A stretch of 64,000 nucleotides of DNA from Eubacteriales bacterium (GTDB lineage: Bacteria; Bacillota; Clostridia; Oscillospirales; CAG-382). Positions within the stretch are counted from its first letter, which is position 1. Each line of letters opens with the position of its first letter. Positions 56,032 through 64,000 of the stretch are shown here, piece after piece. The stretch covers positions 6,989 through 70,988 of the forward strand of contig JAZOBE010000015.1 of assembly GCA_045595785.1 (NCBI GenBank), given 5' to 3'. Position numbers and translations under genes: made by a program. The notes under the pieces were generated by a model. That model ran no database searches and was not told the DNA's origin. It worked only from the letters and a program-made list of their open reading frames with translations.

Positions 56032-57672
56032 ATGGATAACAACTTTCTTGCAGAGCTTTTGTTTCCCGATATAAAGACCACCCCTGCGGATATGGAGGCG
56101 TTGTATCCTCCCCGCAACCTGCCCGAGGGCGCTCAGGTAACCCGTTTTGCACCCAGCCCCACCGGCTTTATGCATCTGGGTAACCTTTACGGCGCTTTGG
56201 CAGATGAGCGTATGGCGCATCTTACGGGCGGCGTTTTCTACCTCCGTATTGAGGATACCGATGATAAGCGTACCGTTGAAAACGGTGTTGCTCTTATTAT
56301 AAGTGCACTTGAGAAGTTTGACCTTCATTTTGACGAAGGCGCTACCGCTGACGGTGATAACGGTGCATACGGTCCTTACCGCCAGAGTGAGAGAAAGAAT
56401 ATTTACCAGACCTACGCAAAAGAGCTTGTAAAGAATGGCTATGCATATCCTTGCTTCTGCACTGAAGAGGAGCTTGCCGCCAACCGTGCTGAGCAGGAGG
56501 CGCAAAAACTCACTCCCGGTTATTACGGAAAGTGGGCTGTCTGGAGAGATGCGGATATAGAAAGAATACAGTCTGCACTTAACGAGGGCAAGCCCTTCGT
56601 TCTCCGCTTCAGAAGCGAGGGCGACTGTAACAACAAGCTTAAATTTACCGATATGATCAAGGGAGTTATCGACGTTACCGAAAACGATATCGATCACGTG
56701 CTCCTTAAGTCTGACGGTATTCCCACATACCATTTCGCACACGCTGTGGATGACCATCTTATGCGTACCACTCACGTTGTACGTGACGAAAGCTGGCTTT
56801 CCACCCTGCCTTTCCACATCCAGCTCTTTAAGGCACTGGGCTTCAGAATGCCCAAATACTGTCATACCGCACAGGTGCTTAAAAATGACGGAAACGGCAA
56901 GCGTAAGCTTTCCAAGCGTAAGGACCCCGAGGCGGCGCTTACTTATTACCACGAGCAGGGATATCCCGCCAACGCGGTAAAGGAATATCTGCTTACTCTG
57001 CTTAACTCTAATTTTGAGGAATGGCGTCTTGCAAACCCCGCACTTCCTTTGGAGGAGTTTAAGTTCAGTCCCAAGAAGATGAGCATTTCCGGCTGTCTGT
57101 TCAGCTTTGAAAAGCTTAACGACGTTTCCAAAAACGTTATAGCTTCTCTTGACGCTTCTCAGGTAGTGGATTCCGTTATCGCTTGGGCAAAGGAATATGA
57201 CCCTGAGTTTGCATCTACTCTGGAATCTGACCGCGCTTATGCAGAAAGCATTTTCGCCATCGGCAGAGGAGGCAACAAGCCCCGTAAGGACCTTACCACC
57301 TGGGCAGACGCAAAGCCTTACGTTTCCTTCTTCTATGATAAATATTTTGAATATACCGATAGTCTTTCGGCAAATGCTGATGATATCAAGGCTTGTCTTG
57401 ATGGATTTATCGCCGCTTGGAAAGAGACTGACGACCAGACCCAGTGGTTTGATACCATTAAGGCCGTAGGTGAGCAGAACGGCTTCTGTCCCAATATGAA
57501 GGAATATAAAAAAGATCCCACCGACTGGAAGGGAAGCGTAGGTGACGTAAGCGCATTCTTGCGTGTTGCGGTTACCGGAAAAACCGTTTCTCCCGACCTG
57601 TATACCGTAATGAATATTCTTGGTGCGGAAAAGGTTGCCGCACGAATCAATGCTTTTAAGGAGACTCTGTAA
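56032..57672 (+). CDS. gltX: Glutamate--tRNA ligase
   Basis: TRFAPSPTGFMHLGN, LRIEDTD, GPYRQSER, AYPCFCT, KSDGIPTYHFA..VDDHLM, KLSKR. Start at ATG 56032, downstream of the promoter. Confidence 0.96.
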   Translation: MDNNFLAELLFPDIKTTPADMEALYPPRNLPEGAQVTRFAPSPTGFMHLGNLYGALADERMAHLTGGVFYLRIEDTDDKRTVENGVALIISALEKFDLHFDEGATADGDNGAYGPYRQSERKNIYQTYAKELVKNGYAYPCFCTEEELAANRAEQEAQKLTPGYYGKWAVWRDADIERIQSALNEGKPFVLRFRSEGDCNNKLKFTDMIKGVIDVTENDIDHVLLKSDGIPTYHFAHAVDDHLMRTTHVVRDESWLSTLPFHIQLFKALGFRMPKYCHTAQVLKNDGNGKRKLSKRKDPEAALTYYHEQGYPANAVKEYLLTLLNSNFEEWRLANPALPLEEFKFSPKKMSISGCLFSFEKLNDVSKNVIASLDASQVVDSVIAWAKEYDPEFASTLESDRAYAESIFAIGRGGNKPRKDLTTWADAKPYVSFFYDKYFEYTDSLSANADDIKACLDGFIAAWKETDDQTQWFDTIKAVGEQNGFCPNMKEYKKDPTDWKGSVGDVSAFLRVAVTGKTVSPDLYTVMNILGAEKVAARINAFKETL

Positions 57673-57674
57673 AA

Positions 57675-59318
57675 ATGGAAGAGAATAACAGCAATTTCCT
57701 TTATGATATAATACGTTCCGACCTTGAGACGGGCAAAGAGGACCACGTCCACACTCGTTTTCCGCCGGAGCCTAACGGCTATCTCCATATCGGCTCTCTT
57801 AAGGCAATATGGATAAACGCCACTGCAGCAAAGACCTTTGACGGTAAGTTTAACCTTCGTTATGACGATACCAACCCCGGAAAAGAAGACGTTGAGTACG
57901 TTGACAGCATTTATGAGGATATCCGTTGGCTTGGCTTTGAGCCTACCGGCGGCGTGTTCTACGGAAGCGATTATTTCGGTAAATGCTATGAATACGCAGT
58001 AAAGCTTATAAAAGAGGGCAAGGCGTACGTTTGCGATCTTACCGCAGACGAAATGACCGCATACCGCGGTACTCTTACCGAGCCGGGCAAGGAATCACCT
58101 TGGCGCAACCGCAGTGTTGAGGAAAATCTTGAGCTCTTTGAGCGTATGAAGAACGGCGAATTTCCCGATGGAGCCAAGACTCTCCGCGCAAAAATAGATA
58201 TGGCTTCTCCCAATCTTGTTATGCGTGACCCTGCTATTTTCCGTATCCGCCACATGTCTCATCACAGACAGGGGGATGCATGGTGTATATATCCTCTTTA
58301 CGATTTCGCTCATCCTATTCAGGACGCAATGGAGGGTATCACCCATTCCATGTGCTCTATCGAGTTTACCAACAACCGTCCTCTTTATGATTGGGTTGTT
58401 GATAATATTGATTTTGAGCACAAGCCTCATCAGTACGAATTTGCGCGCCTTAACGTTACTCATACCGTAATGAGCAAGCGTTATCTCCGCGCATTGGTTG
58501 AAAACGGTATTGCCGACGGTTGGGATGACCCCCGTCTTCCCACTCTTTGCGGTCTCCGCCGCAGAGGATATACTCCCTCGGCGCTTATAGATTTCGTTTC
58601 CCGTGCCGGCGTTTCCCGTGCATACAGCATTGTGGATTACGATCTGCTTGAGCATTGTATCCGTGAGGAGCTTAACAAGAAAGCACTTCGCCGCGTTGCG
58701 GTCCTTGACCCTGTTAAGGTTACCGTAACCAACTATTTTGAGGACAAAAAGGAATTCTTCTCTTTGTCCAACAATCCTTCGGATCCCGATGCAGGCAGAC
58801 GCGATGTTCCTTTTACCCGTACTCTTTATATTGACCGTGATGACGTTTCTCTCGATCCTCCTCCCAAGTATTTCCGTATGAAGAAGGGCGGCGAGGTTCG
58901 TCTTATGGGCGGTTATATCGTTAAGTGCGAGGATATCCTTACCGACGAAAACGGAGTTATTACCGAGGTACTTTGTACTGCTGACCTTGAAACCGGCTGC
59001 GGTATGCCTGCAGACGGCAGAAAAATAAAGGGCACCATCCATTGGCTTTCCGCCGCAGACGCGATAGAGGCTGACGTTGCTCTTTACGACAAGCTGTTTA
59101 CCGAAGCGGATATGACCAAGGTACCTTCCTCCGAGTACGATAACTATCTTAATCCCGATTCCGTTAAGCATATCAAGGCTTATCTTGAGCCTGCTCTTGC
59201 TTTGGCTCAGGACGGCGAGCGCTTCCAGTTTGTCCGCACCGGCTATTTCTGCAAGGACACCAAGCACGAGAATACATTTAACAGAATAGTAGTCCTTAAG
59301 GATTCCAAACCTTTCTAA
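57675..59318 (+). CDS. glnS: Glutamine--tRNA ligase
   Basis: TRFPPEPNGYLHIG, DDTNP, YPLYDFAH, ITHSMCSIEF, VMSKR, GWDDPRLPT, KGTIHW, FQFVRTGYF. Confidence 0.96.
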   Translation: MEENNSNFLYDIIRSDLETGKEDHVHTRFPPEPNGYLHIGSLKAIWINATAAKTFDGKFNLRYDDTNPGKEDVEYVDSIYEDIRWLGFEPTGGVFYGSDYFGKCYEYAVKLIKEGKAYVCDLTADEMTAYRGTLTEPGKESPWRNRSVEENLELFERMKNGEFPDGAKTLRAKIDMASPNLVMRDPAIFRIRHMSHHRQGDAWCIYPLYDFAHPIQDAMEGITHSMCSIEFTNNRPLYDWVVDNIDFEHKPHQYEFARLNVTHTVMSKRYLRALVENGIADGWDDPRLPTLCGLRRRGYTPSALIDFVSRAGVSRAYSIVDYDLLEHCIREELNKKALRRVAVLDPVKVTVTNYFEDKKEFFSLSNNPSDPDAGRRDVPFTRTLYIDRDDVSLDPPPKYFRMKKGGEVRLMGGYIVKCEDILTDENGVITEVLCTADLETGCGMPADGRKIKGTIHWLSAADAIEADVALYDKLFTEADMTKVPSSEYDNYLNPDSVKHIKAYLEPALALAQDGERFQFVRTGYFCKDTKHENTFNRIVVLKDSKPF

Positions 59319-59326
59319 AACACAAA

Positions 59327-59370
59327 ACACCCCAAGAAGTCGCAAGCTTTCTTGGGGTGTATCTTTTTTT
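59327..59370. terminator. Terminator after glnS
   Basis: ACACCCCAAGAA...TTCTTGGGGTGT followed by a T-run. Confidence 0.75.
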
Positions 59371-59386
59371 GTGGGGTATCCTTTTT

Positions 59387-59998
59387 TTATCCTATTTGTT
59401 TAAAGCTTGTATAGATTTCGTCAGCCTTGGTTTCGGGAGAAAGAGAGAATTCATCAAAGAAAAGTGTATGAACGCCTGCGTTTATACCGCTTCCGATATC
59501 TATCTCTCTGTCACCTATCATAACCGTTTTTTCCTTGTCCAGCGAATGCTCTTTTACAAGATATTCGATAGCATCGGGCGCAGGCTTAAAGGGAAAACCG
59601 TTTTCCACGGTAATTACCTCGGTAAACAGACCCAGTATGCCTTGCTTACCCAAAAGCTCCAATGCCTTTTTATCTCTGTGGGTAAACAGAAAATGCTTTC
59701 CGCCTCTGTTCAGAATACGGTTCAGCGCATCCTCCACGCCGTCATATATTTTTATGACAGGCTCAAAATCATCGGTAAGCTCGTAAACGTAAAACTGCTT
59801 GTATTCCTCGTCAGTCAGTCCGTAATGGCGTACTGCAGTTCCTACAGTTATACGAAGCAGCTTTTCCGCCTCGTTTACGTCAATCTCCTTGCCGTTATCC
59901 GCAAGTGCTTGTGTCAGCGCCGCCGCGGTGTGGGGATAGCTGTCAAACAATGTGCCGTCAAAATCCCAAATGAAATTATCGTATTTTTCAGTTATCAT
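59387..59998 (-). CDS. HAD-IA family phosphatase
   Basis: WDFDGTLFDS, FTHR, KPAP, IGDREID. Confidence 0.92.
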   Translation of the reverse strand: MITEKYDNFIWDFDGTLFDSYPHTAAALTQALADNGKEIDVNEAEKLLRITVGTAVRHYGLTDEEYKQFYVYELTDDFEPVIKIYDGVEDALNRILNRGGKHFLFTHRDKKALELLGKQGILGLFTEVITVENGFPFKPAPDAIEYLVKEHSLDKEKTVMIGDREIDIGSGINAGVHTLFFDEFSLSPETKADEIYTSFKQIG

Positions 59999-61952
59999 GG
60001 AAATACCTGTAATTTATCTGCTTTCTTAAAAGATATTGCTTTTGCAGTTCTTCGGGAAGCTCAAACATAGAGTAAAGATTGCCTTCCGTGTCTGCGGCAA
60101 CGTAATCGTTGGCGGCAGGGAAGTCATTACGCTGGGTGTAGAGAAAATCGTAATATTCATCTGTCTCAACATCCATACGGTGCATAACGTATGCCATAAG
60201 AAGCTCGTAGTTAAGCCACTCTACGTCCTGCTCACCAAGGTCAAAGTTACCGACAACAAGACACTCTGTATCGTATTTACGGTAGGTGTCAAGGATATTG
60301 TTGCCTGTGTTGAAATAAGGCAGGTCGGCAATACGCTCATAGGTGCCGTCCTCTTTTGCGGTTATTGCTTTAAGGTTAGGAAGATGGTCACCGTAGAAAA
60401 TAATAATGGTGTTTTCTTCCAAGCCCTGAATATAATCGTACAGCTTGCCAAGCTGTCTGTCCGCGTCATAAAGACCTTGGGCAAAACAGCGTATAGAGCC
60501 CTTCATATACGATGAGTAATCCTCGGGCGCTTTTGTAACGTCTACAGTGTAATGGCTGTAGCCGTTATCATCAATATATTTACCGTAATAATAAGAGCCG
60601 TGAAGCTGTGCGGTGTTTATCATAACGAAAAAGTTTTCGTCGTTTTTCCATTCGTCGCCCTCAATAAACTTTATTACCTGATCAGCCAGATAATCGTCGG
60701 ATGGTCTGCCGGCCAGCTTGCGGACTCCCTTCAGCTCGTGGCGGAAATCGGTGTCATCAATACCGAAATAAGGGTATACCTTCGTGCGGTCAAAGAGCGA
60801 GGATTCCCACGCGGTAATTATCTTGTTGTAATAGTCCGCTTCGCCGAGAATATCGAAAAAGTTAGGCGTTCCCTCAAAATTCTCGCTGTCATACATTTGA
60901 GTGTAGGGAACGAATCCGGGTGAGTATACCGCAAGGTTGCTTCCTGTGAATACCTCAAACTCCGCATTTGCGCTTAGTCCGCCGAATACGGGAGATATCA
61001 TCTTGAACACGTGTCCTTCTTTGGAAAGCTTTTCATAATTTTCGGTAAGCTCGGTACCGGTAGGGGTAGAAAACTCAAATTCGCCAAGCTGGTCAATGTC
61101 CCAGAATGATTCGGAGAACACCATTATAATATTACAATCGCCCCAGGTGTTTTCAAATTCGTCTCTCGCTTCCTTGGAAGCTTCCTCAAGCACCTTGTCA
61201 AGATATTCTTCGTCATATCCCTCAGGCTTGAATATTCGGCTTTCCACCGCTTGTCCGTACATGCCGGATACAACGCCGTATCTGATATAATATTTCAGGC
61301 TGGTGGTAGGGTAATCGGAATCACGCTTATCGTAAGAATAAAATGTGTTAAGCGTAAAAGTATTTAGAGACTGTATGGGAGCAATAAGCAAAAACAGCAC
61401 AGCAAAGGCTGTTGCACCTACCGCAATTCCGCCCCATTTGTATTTAAGCCTGAAGCGCAAAAGCACGCCGATAACAATTATAAGCGCAAGTATCAGACCG
61501 TATTTTACCAGAGAGCCGGATATTCTTCCCAAAAGTTCGGGAATAGAAACCTCTGCAACAAGGTCACCGAGAGTTCCCGCACTGCGGAAGAAGTTTATAT
61601 CCGAAAAATACACAGGGTTATCGGACATTTGTATCTTAACGTACTGCACTGCGGAGAATACGAAAGCAACACCGGCAAGAGTAGCGTTTGACGCAATAGA
61701 AGAGGTGGTTATTGCAGTGAACAGCGCGTTGAACAGTATTACAAGGATATATGAAAACAAATATCCGCTTGCAAACTGGGTATCTCTGATTGTGGTAGTA
61801 TCAAGAAAAAAGTTGTTTATACATAAATTGATAATGCATGGCACAACAAGAAAATGATAAACATACCGTATTACCGTAAACCATTTTGTGTCGGTATATT
61901 TTTTTATGCTCTCTTTTATTACATCAAAGGTGCTTTTTTTGCTTGTATTCAT
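59988..61952 (-). CDS. LTA synthase (LtaS/MdoB)-like membrane sulfatase-fold phosphotransferase
   Basis: About five N-terminal TM segments, NIIMVFSESFWD, FGGLSANAEFEVFTG, LHGSY, YGDHLP. Confidence 0.88.
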   Translation of the reverse strand: MNTSKKSTFDVIKESIKKYTDTKWFTVIRYVYHFLVVPCIINLCINNFFLDTTTIRDTQFASGYLFSYILVILFNALFTAITTSSIASNATLAGVAFVFSAVQYVKIQMSDNPVYFSDINFFRSAGTLGDLVAEVSIPELLGRISGSLVKYGLILALIIVIGVLLRFRLKYKWGGIAVGATAFAVLFLLIAPIQSLNTFTLNTFYSYDKRDSDYPTTSLKYYIRYGVVSGMYGQAVESRIFKPEGYDEEYLDKVLEEASKEARDEFENTWGDCNIIMVFSESFWDIDQLGEFEFSTPTGTELTENYEKLSKEGHVFKMISPVFGGLSANAEFEVFTGSNLAVYSPGFVPYTQMYDSENFEGTPNFFDILGEADYYNKIITAWESSLFDRTKVYPYFGIDDTDFRHELKGVRKLAGRPSDDYLADQVIKFIEGDEWKNDENFFVMINTAQLHGSYYYGKYIDDNGYSHYTVDVTKAPEDYSSYMKGSIRCFAQGLYDADRQLGKLYDYIQGLEENTIIIFYGDHLPNLKAITAKEDGTYERIADLPYFNTGNNILDTYRKYDTECLVVGNFDLGEQDVEWLNYELLMAYVMHRMDVETDEYYDFLYTQRNDFPAANDYVAADTEGNLYSMFELPEELQKQYLLRKQINYRYFHDN

Positions 61953-61986
61953 TTTTTACCTCATGATTATTAACAATTAACAAACA

Positions 61987-62009
61987 GCGCCCCTGAATAT
62001 CAGGGGCGC
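61987..62009 (-). terminator. Terminator after tsf
   Basis: GCGCCCCTGA-ATA-TCAGGGGCGC. Confidence 0.7.
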
Positions 62010-62020
62010 CGATTTAACCA

Positions 62021-62947
62021 TTAACCCTTAACGAGCTTTTCGATTTCAGAAGCGAAATCGTCTTCTCTCTTTTCAATGCCTTCGCCCTTTTCGTACTTAA
62101 CGAAGGAAACAACCTTGATAGAGCCGCCGAGTTCCTTAGCGGTATTCTCGGTGTACTGCTTAACGGTCATGTTCTCTTCCTTAACGTACTGCTGGTGAAC
62201 GAGACAGTTGGTGTCATAGTACTTTTCAATTCTGCCGGTAACCATCTTTTCGATGATCTGCTCGGGCTTGTTAGCAAGCTTGGGATCGTTCTTGATCTGT
62301 GCAAGAAGGATATCCTTTTCGCTCTGAATAACACTTTCGGGAACGTTGCACTTGCAAACGTAGAGGGGGTTCATAGCAGCGATCTGCATACAAACGTTCT
62401 TTGCGTAATCCTTGAAACCATCGGTGTTTTCAACGCCGCCTTCAACCTCAAACTTAGCAACAACGCCTGCGGAACCGCCGCCGTGAATATAAGTTCCGGT
62501 AACGCCTTCGATAACCTCGAAACGACGGATGAACATATTTTCGCCGATAGTGAAGATCTCCTGCTTGAGCTCGTCTTCAACGGTGGTGTCCTTGCCTGCG
62601 AACTTGGTAGCAAGAAGAGCTGCAACGTCAGCGGGCTTGTTTTCAACTATAGTAACGAGAATGCCGTGAACGAATTCCTTGAAGGAAGCGTTCTTAGCAA
62701 CGAAGTCGGTTTCGGTGTTAACTTCGATAATAGCGGTGCAGCCGTTAGCGGTGTAAACGTCAACGATACCGTCTGCAGCAACTCTGTCTGCCTTCTTAGC
62801 GGCAACAGCAAGTCCCTTCTCACGAAGGATCTTTATAGCCTCATCAAAATCGCCGTTAGCGGTAACAAGTGCCTTCTTGCACTCCATCATACCGCAACCG
62901 GTCTTTTTACGAAGCTCCATAACAACTTTTGCGGAAATATCTGCCAT
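62021..62947 (-). CDS. tsf: Elongation factor Ts
   Basis: LRKKTGCGMMECKKAL, EVNTETDFVAKN, IGEN...RRF, GEGIEK..DDF. Confidence 0.98.
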   Translation of the reverse strand: MADISAKVVMELRKKTGCGMMECKKALVTANGDFDEAIKILREKGLAVAAKKADRVAADGIVDVYTANGCTAIIEVNTETDFVAKNASFKEFVHGILVTIVENKPADVAALLATKFAGKDTTVEDELKQEIFTIGENMFIRRFEVIEGVTGTYIHGGGSAGVVAKFEVEGGVENTDGFKDYAKNVCMQIAAMNPLYVCKCNVPESVIQSEKDILLAQIKNDPKLANKPEQIIEKMVTGRIEKYYDTNCLVHQQYVKEENMTVKQYTENTAKELGGSIKVVSFVKYEKGEGIEKREDDFASEIEKLVKG

Positions 62948-62951
62948 TTTA

Positions 62952-63692
62952 TTAGTCCTCCTTGGTTTCGGTTTCAGCGGTTTCGCCCTCGGTAGCGTCG
63001 GTGAACTGTTCACCCTGCTTGCCTTCGAGAACTGCGTCTGCCATAACGGATGCGATAAGCTTGATAGCGCGGATAGCGTCGTCGTTGCCGGGGATTACGT
63101 AATCGATGCAATCGGGATCACAGTTGGTGTCAACGATAGCAACTACGGGGATGCCCAGCTTGCGAGCTTCTGCGACAGCGTTAGCTTCCTTCTTGGGGTC
63201 TACTACGAACATAACTGCGGGAAGACCCTTCATATCCTTGATACCGCCGAGGTTACGCTCGAGGTCAGCCATTTCCTTCTGGAGAGCTGCAACTTCCTTC
63301 TTGGGAAGGAGATCAAAGGTGCCGTCTTCGGACATCTTGGTAAGGTTGTTCAGCTTCTGGATACTTCTCTTAATGGTCTTGAAGTTGGTAAGCATACCGC
63401 CAAGCCAACGAACGTTTACATAGTACATACCTGCACGGATAGCTTCTTCCTTGATAGCGTCCTGTGCCTGCTTCTTGGTACCAACGAAGAGAACGTTGCC
63501 GCCTTCGAGAGAAGCGTCGCGTACGAACATATAAGCTTCTTCAACCTTTTTAACGGTCTTCTGAAGGTCGATGATGTAGATGCCGTTTCTTTCGGTAAAG
63601 ATGTACTCCGCCATCTTGGGGTTCCATCTTCTGGTCTGGTGACCGAAGTGAACGCCTGCTTCGAGCAGTTGTTTCATGCTGATTACTGACAT
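62952..63692 (-). CDS. rpsB: 30S ribosomal protein S2
   Basis: [51 protein letters not shown]. Confidence 0.99.
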   Translation of the reverse strand: MSVISMKQLLEAGVHFGHQTRRWNPKMAEYIFTERNGIYIIDLQKTVKKVEEAYMFVRDASLEGGNVLFVGTKKQAQDAIKEEAIRAGMYYVNVRWLGGMLTNFKTIKRSIQKLNNLTKMSEDGTFDLLPKKEVAALQKEMADLERNLGGIKDMKGLPAVMFVVDPKKEANAVAEARKLGIPVVAIVDTNCDPDCIDYVIPGNDDAIRAIKLIASVMADAVLEGKQGEQFTDATEGETAETETKED

Positions 63693-63699
63693 TTTTCTT

Positions 63700-63795
63700 T
63701 TCTCCTTTCGGGTTTCCCCGCCACCCTGCGTGTGAAATTTTTACCCGCGGCTTTTCCTGCCGACCCATGGGCGAAACGCAAAGTGTGTGTATTTT
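63700..63795 (-). ncRNA. rpsB (S2) leader RNA, t44-like autoregulatory element
   Basis: 5' UTR ACACACAC followed by long stem TTTGCGT...ACGCAGGG just before the RBS of rpsB. Confidence 0.6.
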
Positions 63796-63831
63796 TTTAT
63801 TTTACATGCGTATGTCACCGCATGCCGGAAT

Positions 63832-63860
63832 ATAATACCACAGTTTTTATCAAAAATCAA
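63832..63860 (-). promoter_or_regulatory. sigmaA promoter of rpsB-tsf
   Basis: TTGATT-17 nt-TATTAT with extended TG. Confidence 0.6.
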
Positions 63861-63873
63861 TACTATTTTATCA

Positions 63874-63900
63874 AAAAAACGGGTAAAAAACCCGTTTTTT
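63874..63900 (-). terminator. Terminator of the upstream gene
   Basis: AAAAAACGGGT...ACCCGTTTTTT. Confidence 0.7.
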
Positions 63901-63915
63901 CTAAAAAATATATGC

Positions 63916-64000
63916 TTAATTGTTGCTGTATTGTCCGATAGGCGTAAGATCGTCTGCGGTGAAGGAATAAATAGATACGGAAGTAATATCCGTTTCCTTT
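63916..64000 (-). CDS. 3' end of an unidentified CDS running off the window
   Basis: Open frame ...KETDITSVSIYSFTADDLTPIGQYSNN-stop, followed by a terminator. Confidence 0.5.
   Translation of the reverse strand, partial: KETDITSVSIYSFTADDLTPIGQYSNN

Noticed and set aside
18614-63689. Other long antisense ORFs opposite serA, serC, lysS, the M23 gene, the CapA-like gene, gltX, glnS, tsf and rpsB
   Set aside because: Same codon-bias shadow effect; all lie over well-supported genes.

Overview
Gene-dense chromosomal segment of a spore-forming Firmicute. The ispH-rpsA fusion, glnS, CdaR-ftsEX linkage and sporulation genes suggest class Clostridia (inference). Content is mostly housekeeping: trmL-mnmE-mnmG-rsmG, secA, asnB, polA-rsmI, serC-serA, asd, greA-lysS, ftsEX-envC-ctpA, rsmE, plsC, ispH-rpsA, gltX-glnS and rpsB-tsf. 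It also carries sporulation genes (spoIIAA-spoIIAB-sigF, yqfC-yqfD, ylbJ-like), a 6S RNA, an rpsB leader RNA and several uncharacterised lipoproteins and membrane proteins. I saw no rRNA, tRNA, CRISPR array, transposase or prophage. The best leads are: (1) a solo 574-aa ECF sigma factor with an extra winged-HTH, a long C-terminal extension and its own ECF-type promoter; (2) two related polytopic membrane proteins between secA and asnB; (3) a CapA-family lipoprotein with a Cys/His insertion coupled to a DUF4855 protein; (4) an LtaS-like enzyme with altered active-site residues; (5) an enlarged 6S RNA apparently co-transcribed behind DUF1292; (6) a 1-nt frameshift in the CdaR-family regulator heading the ftsEX operon. 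All family assignments come from motif recognition by eye, with no database search.
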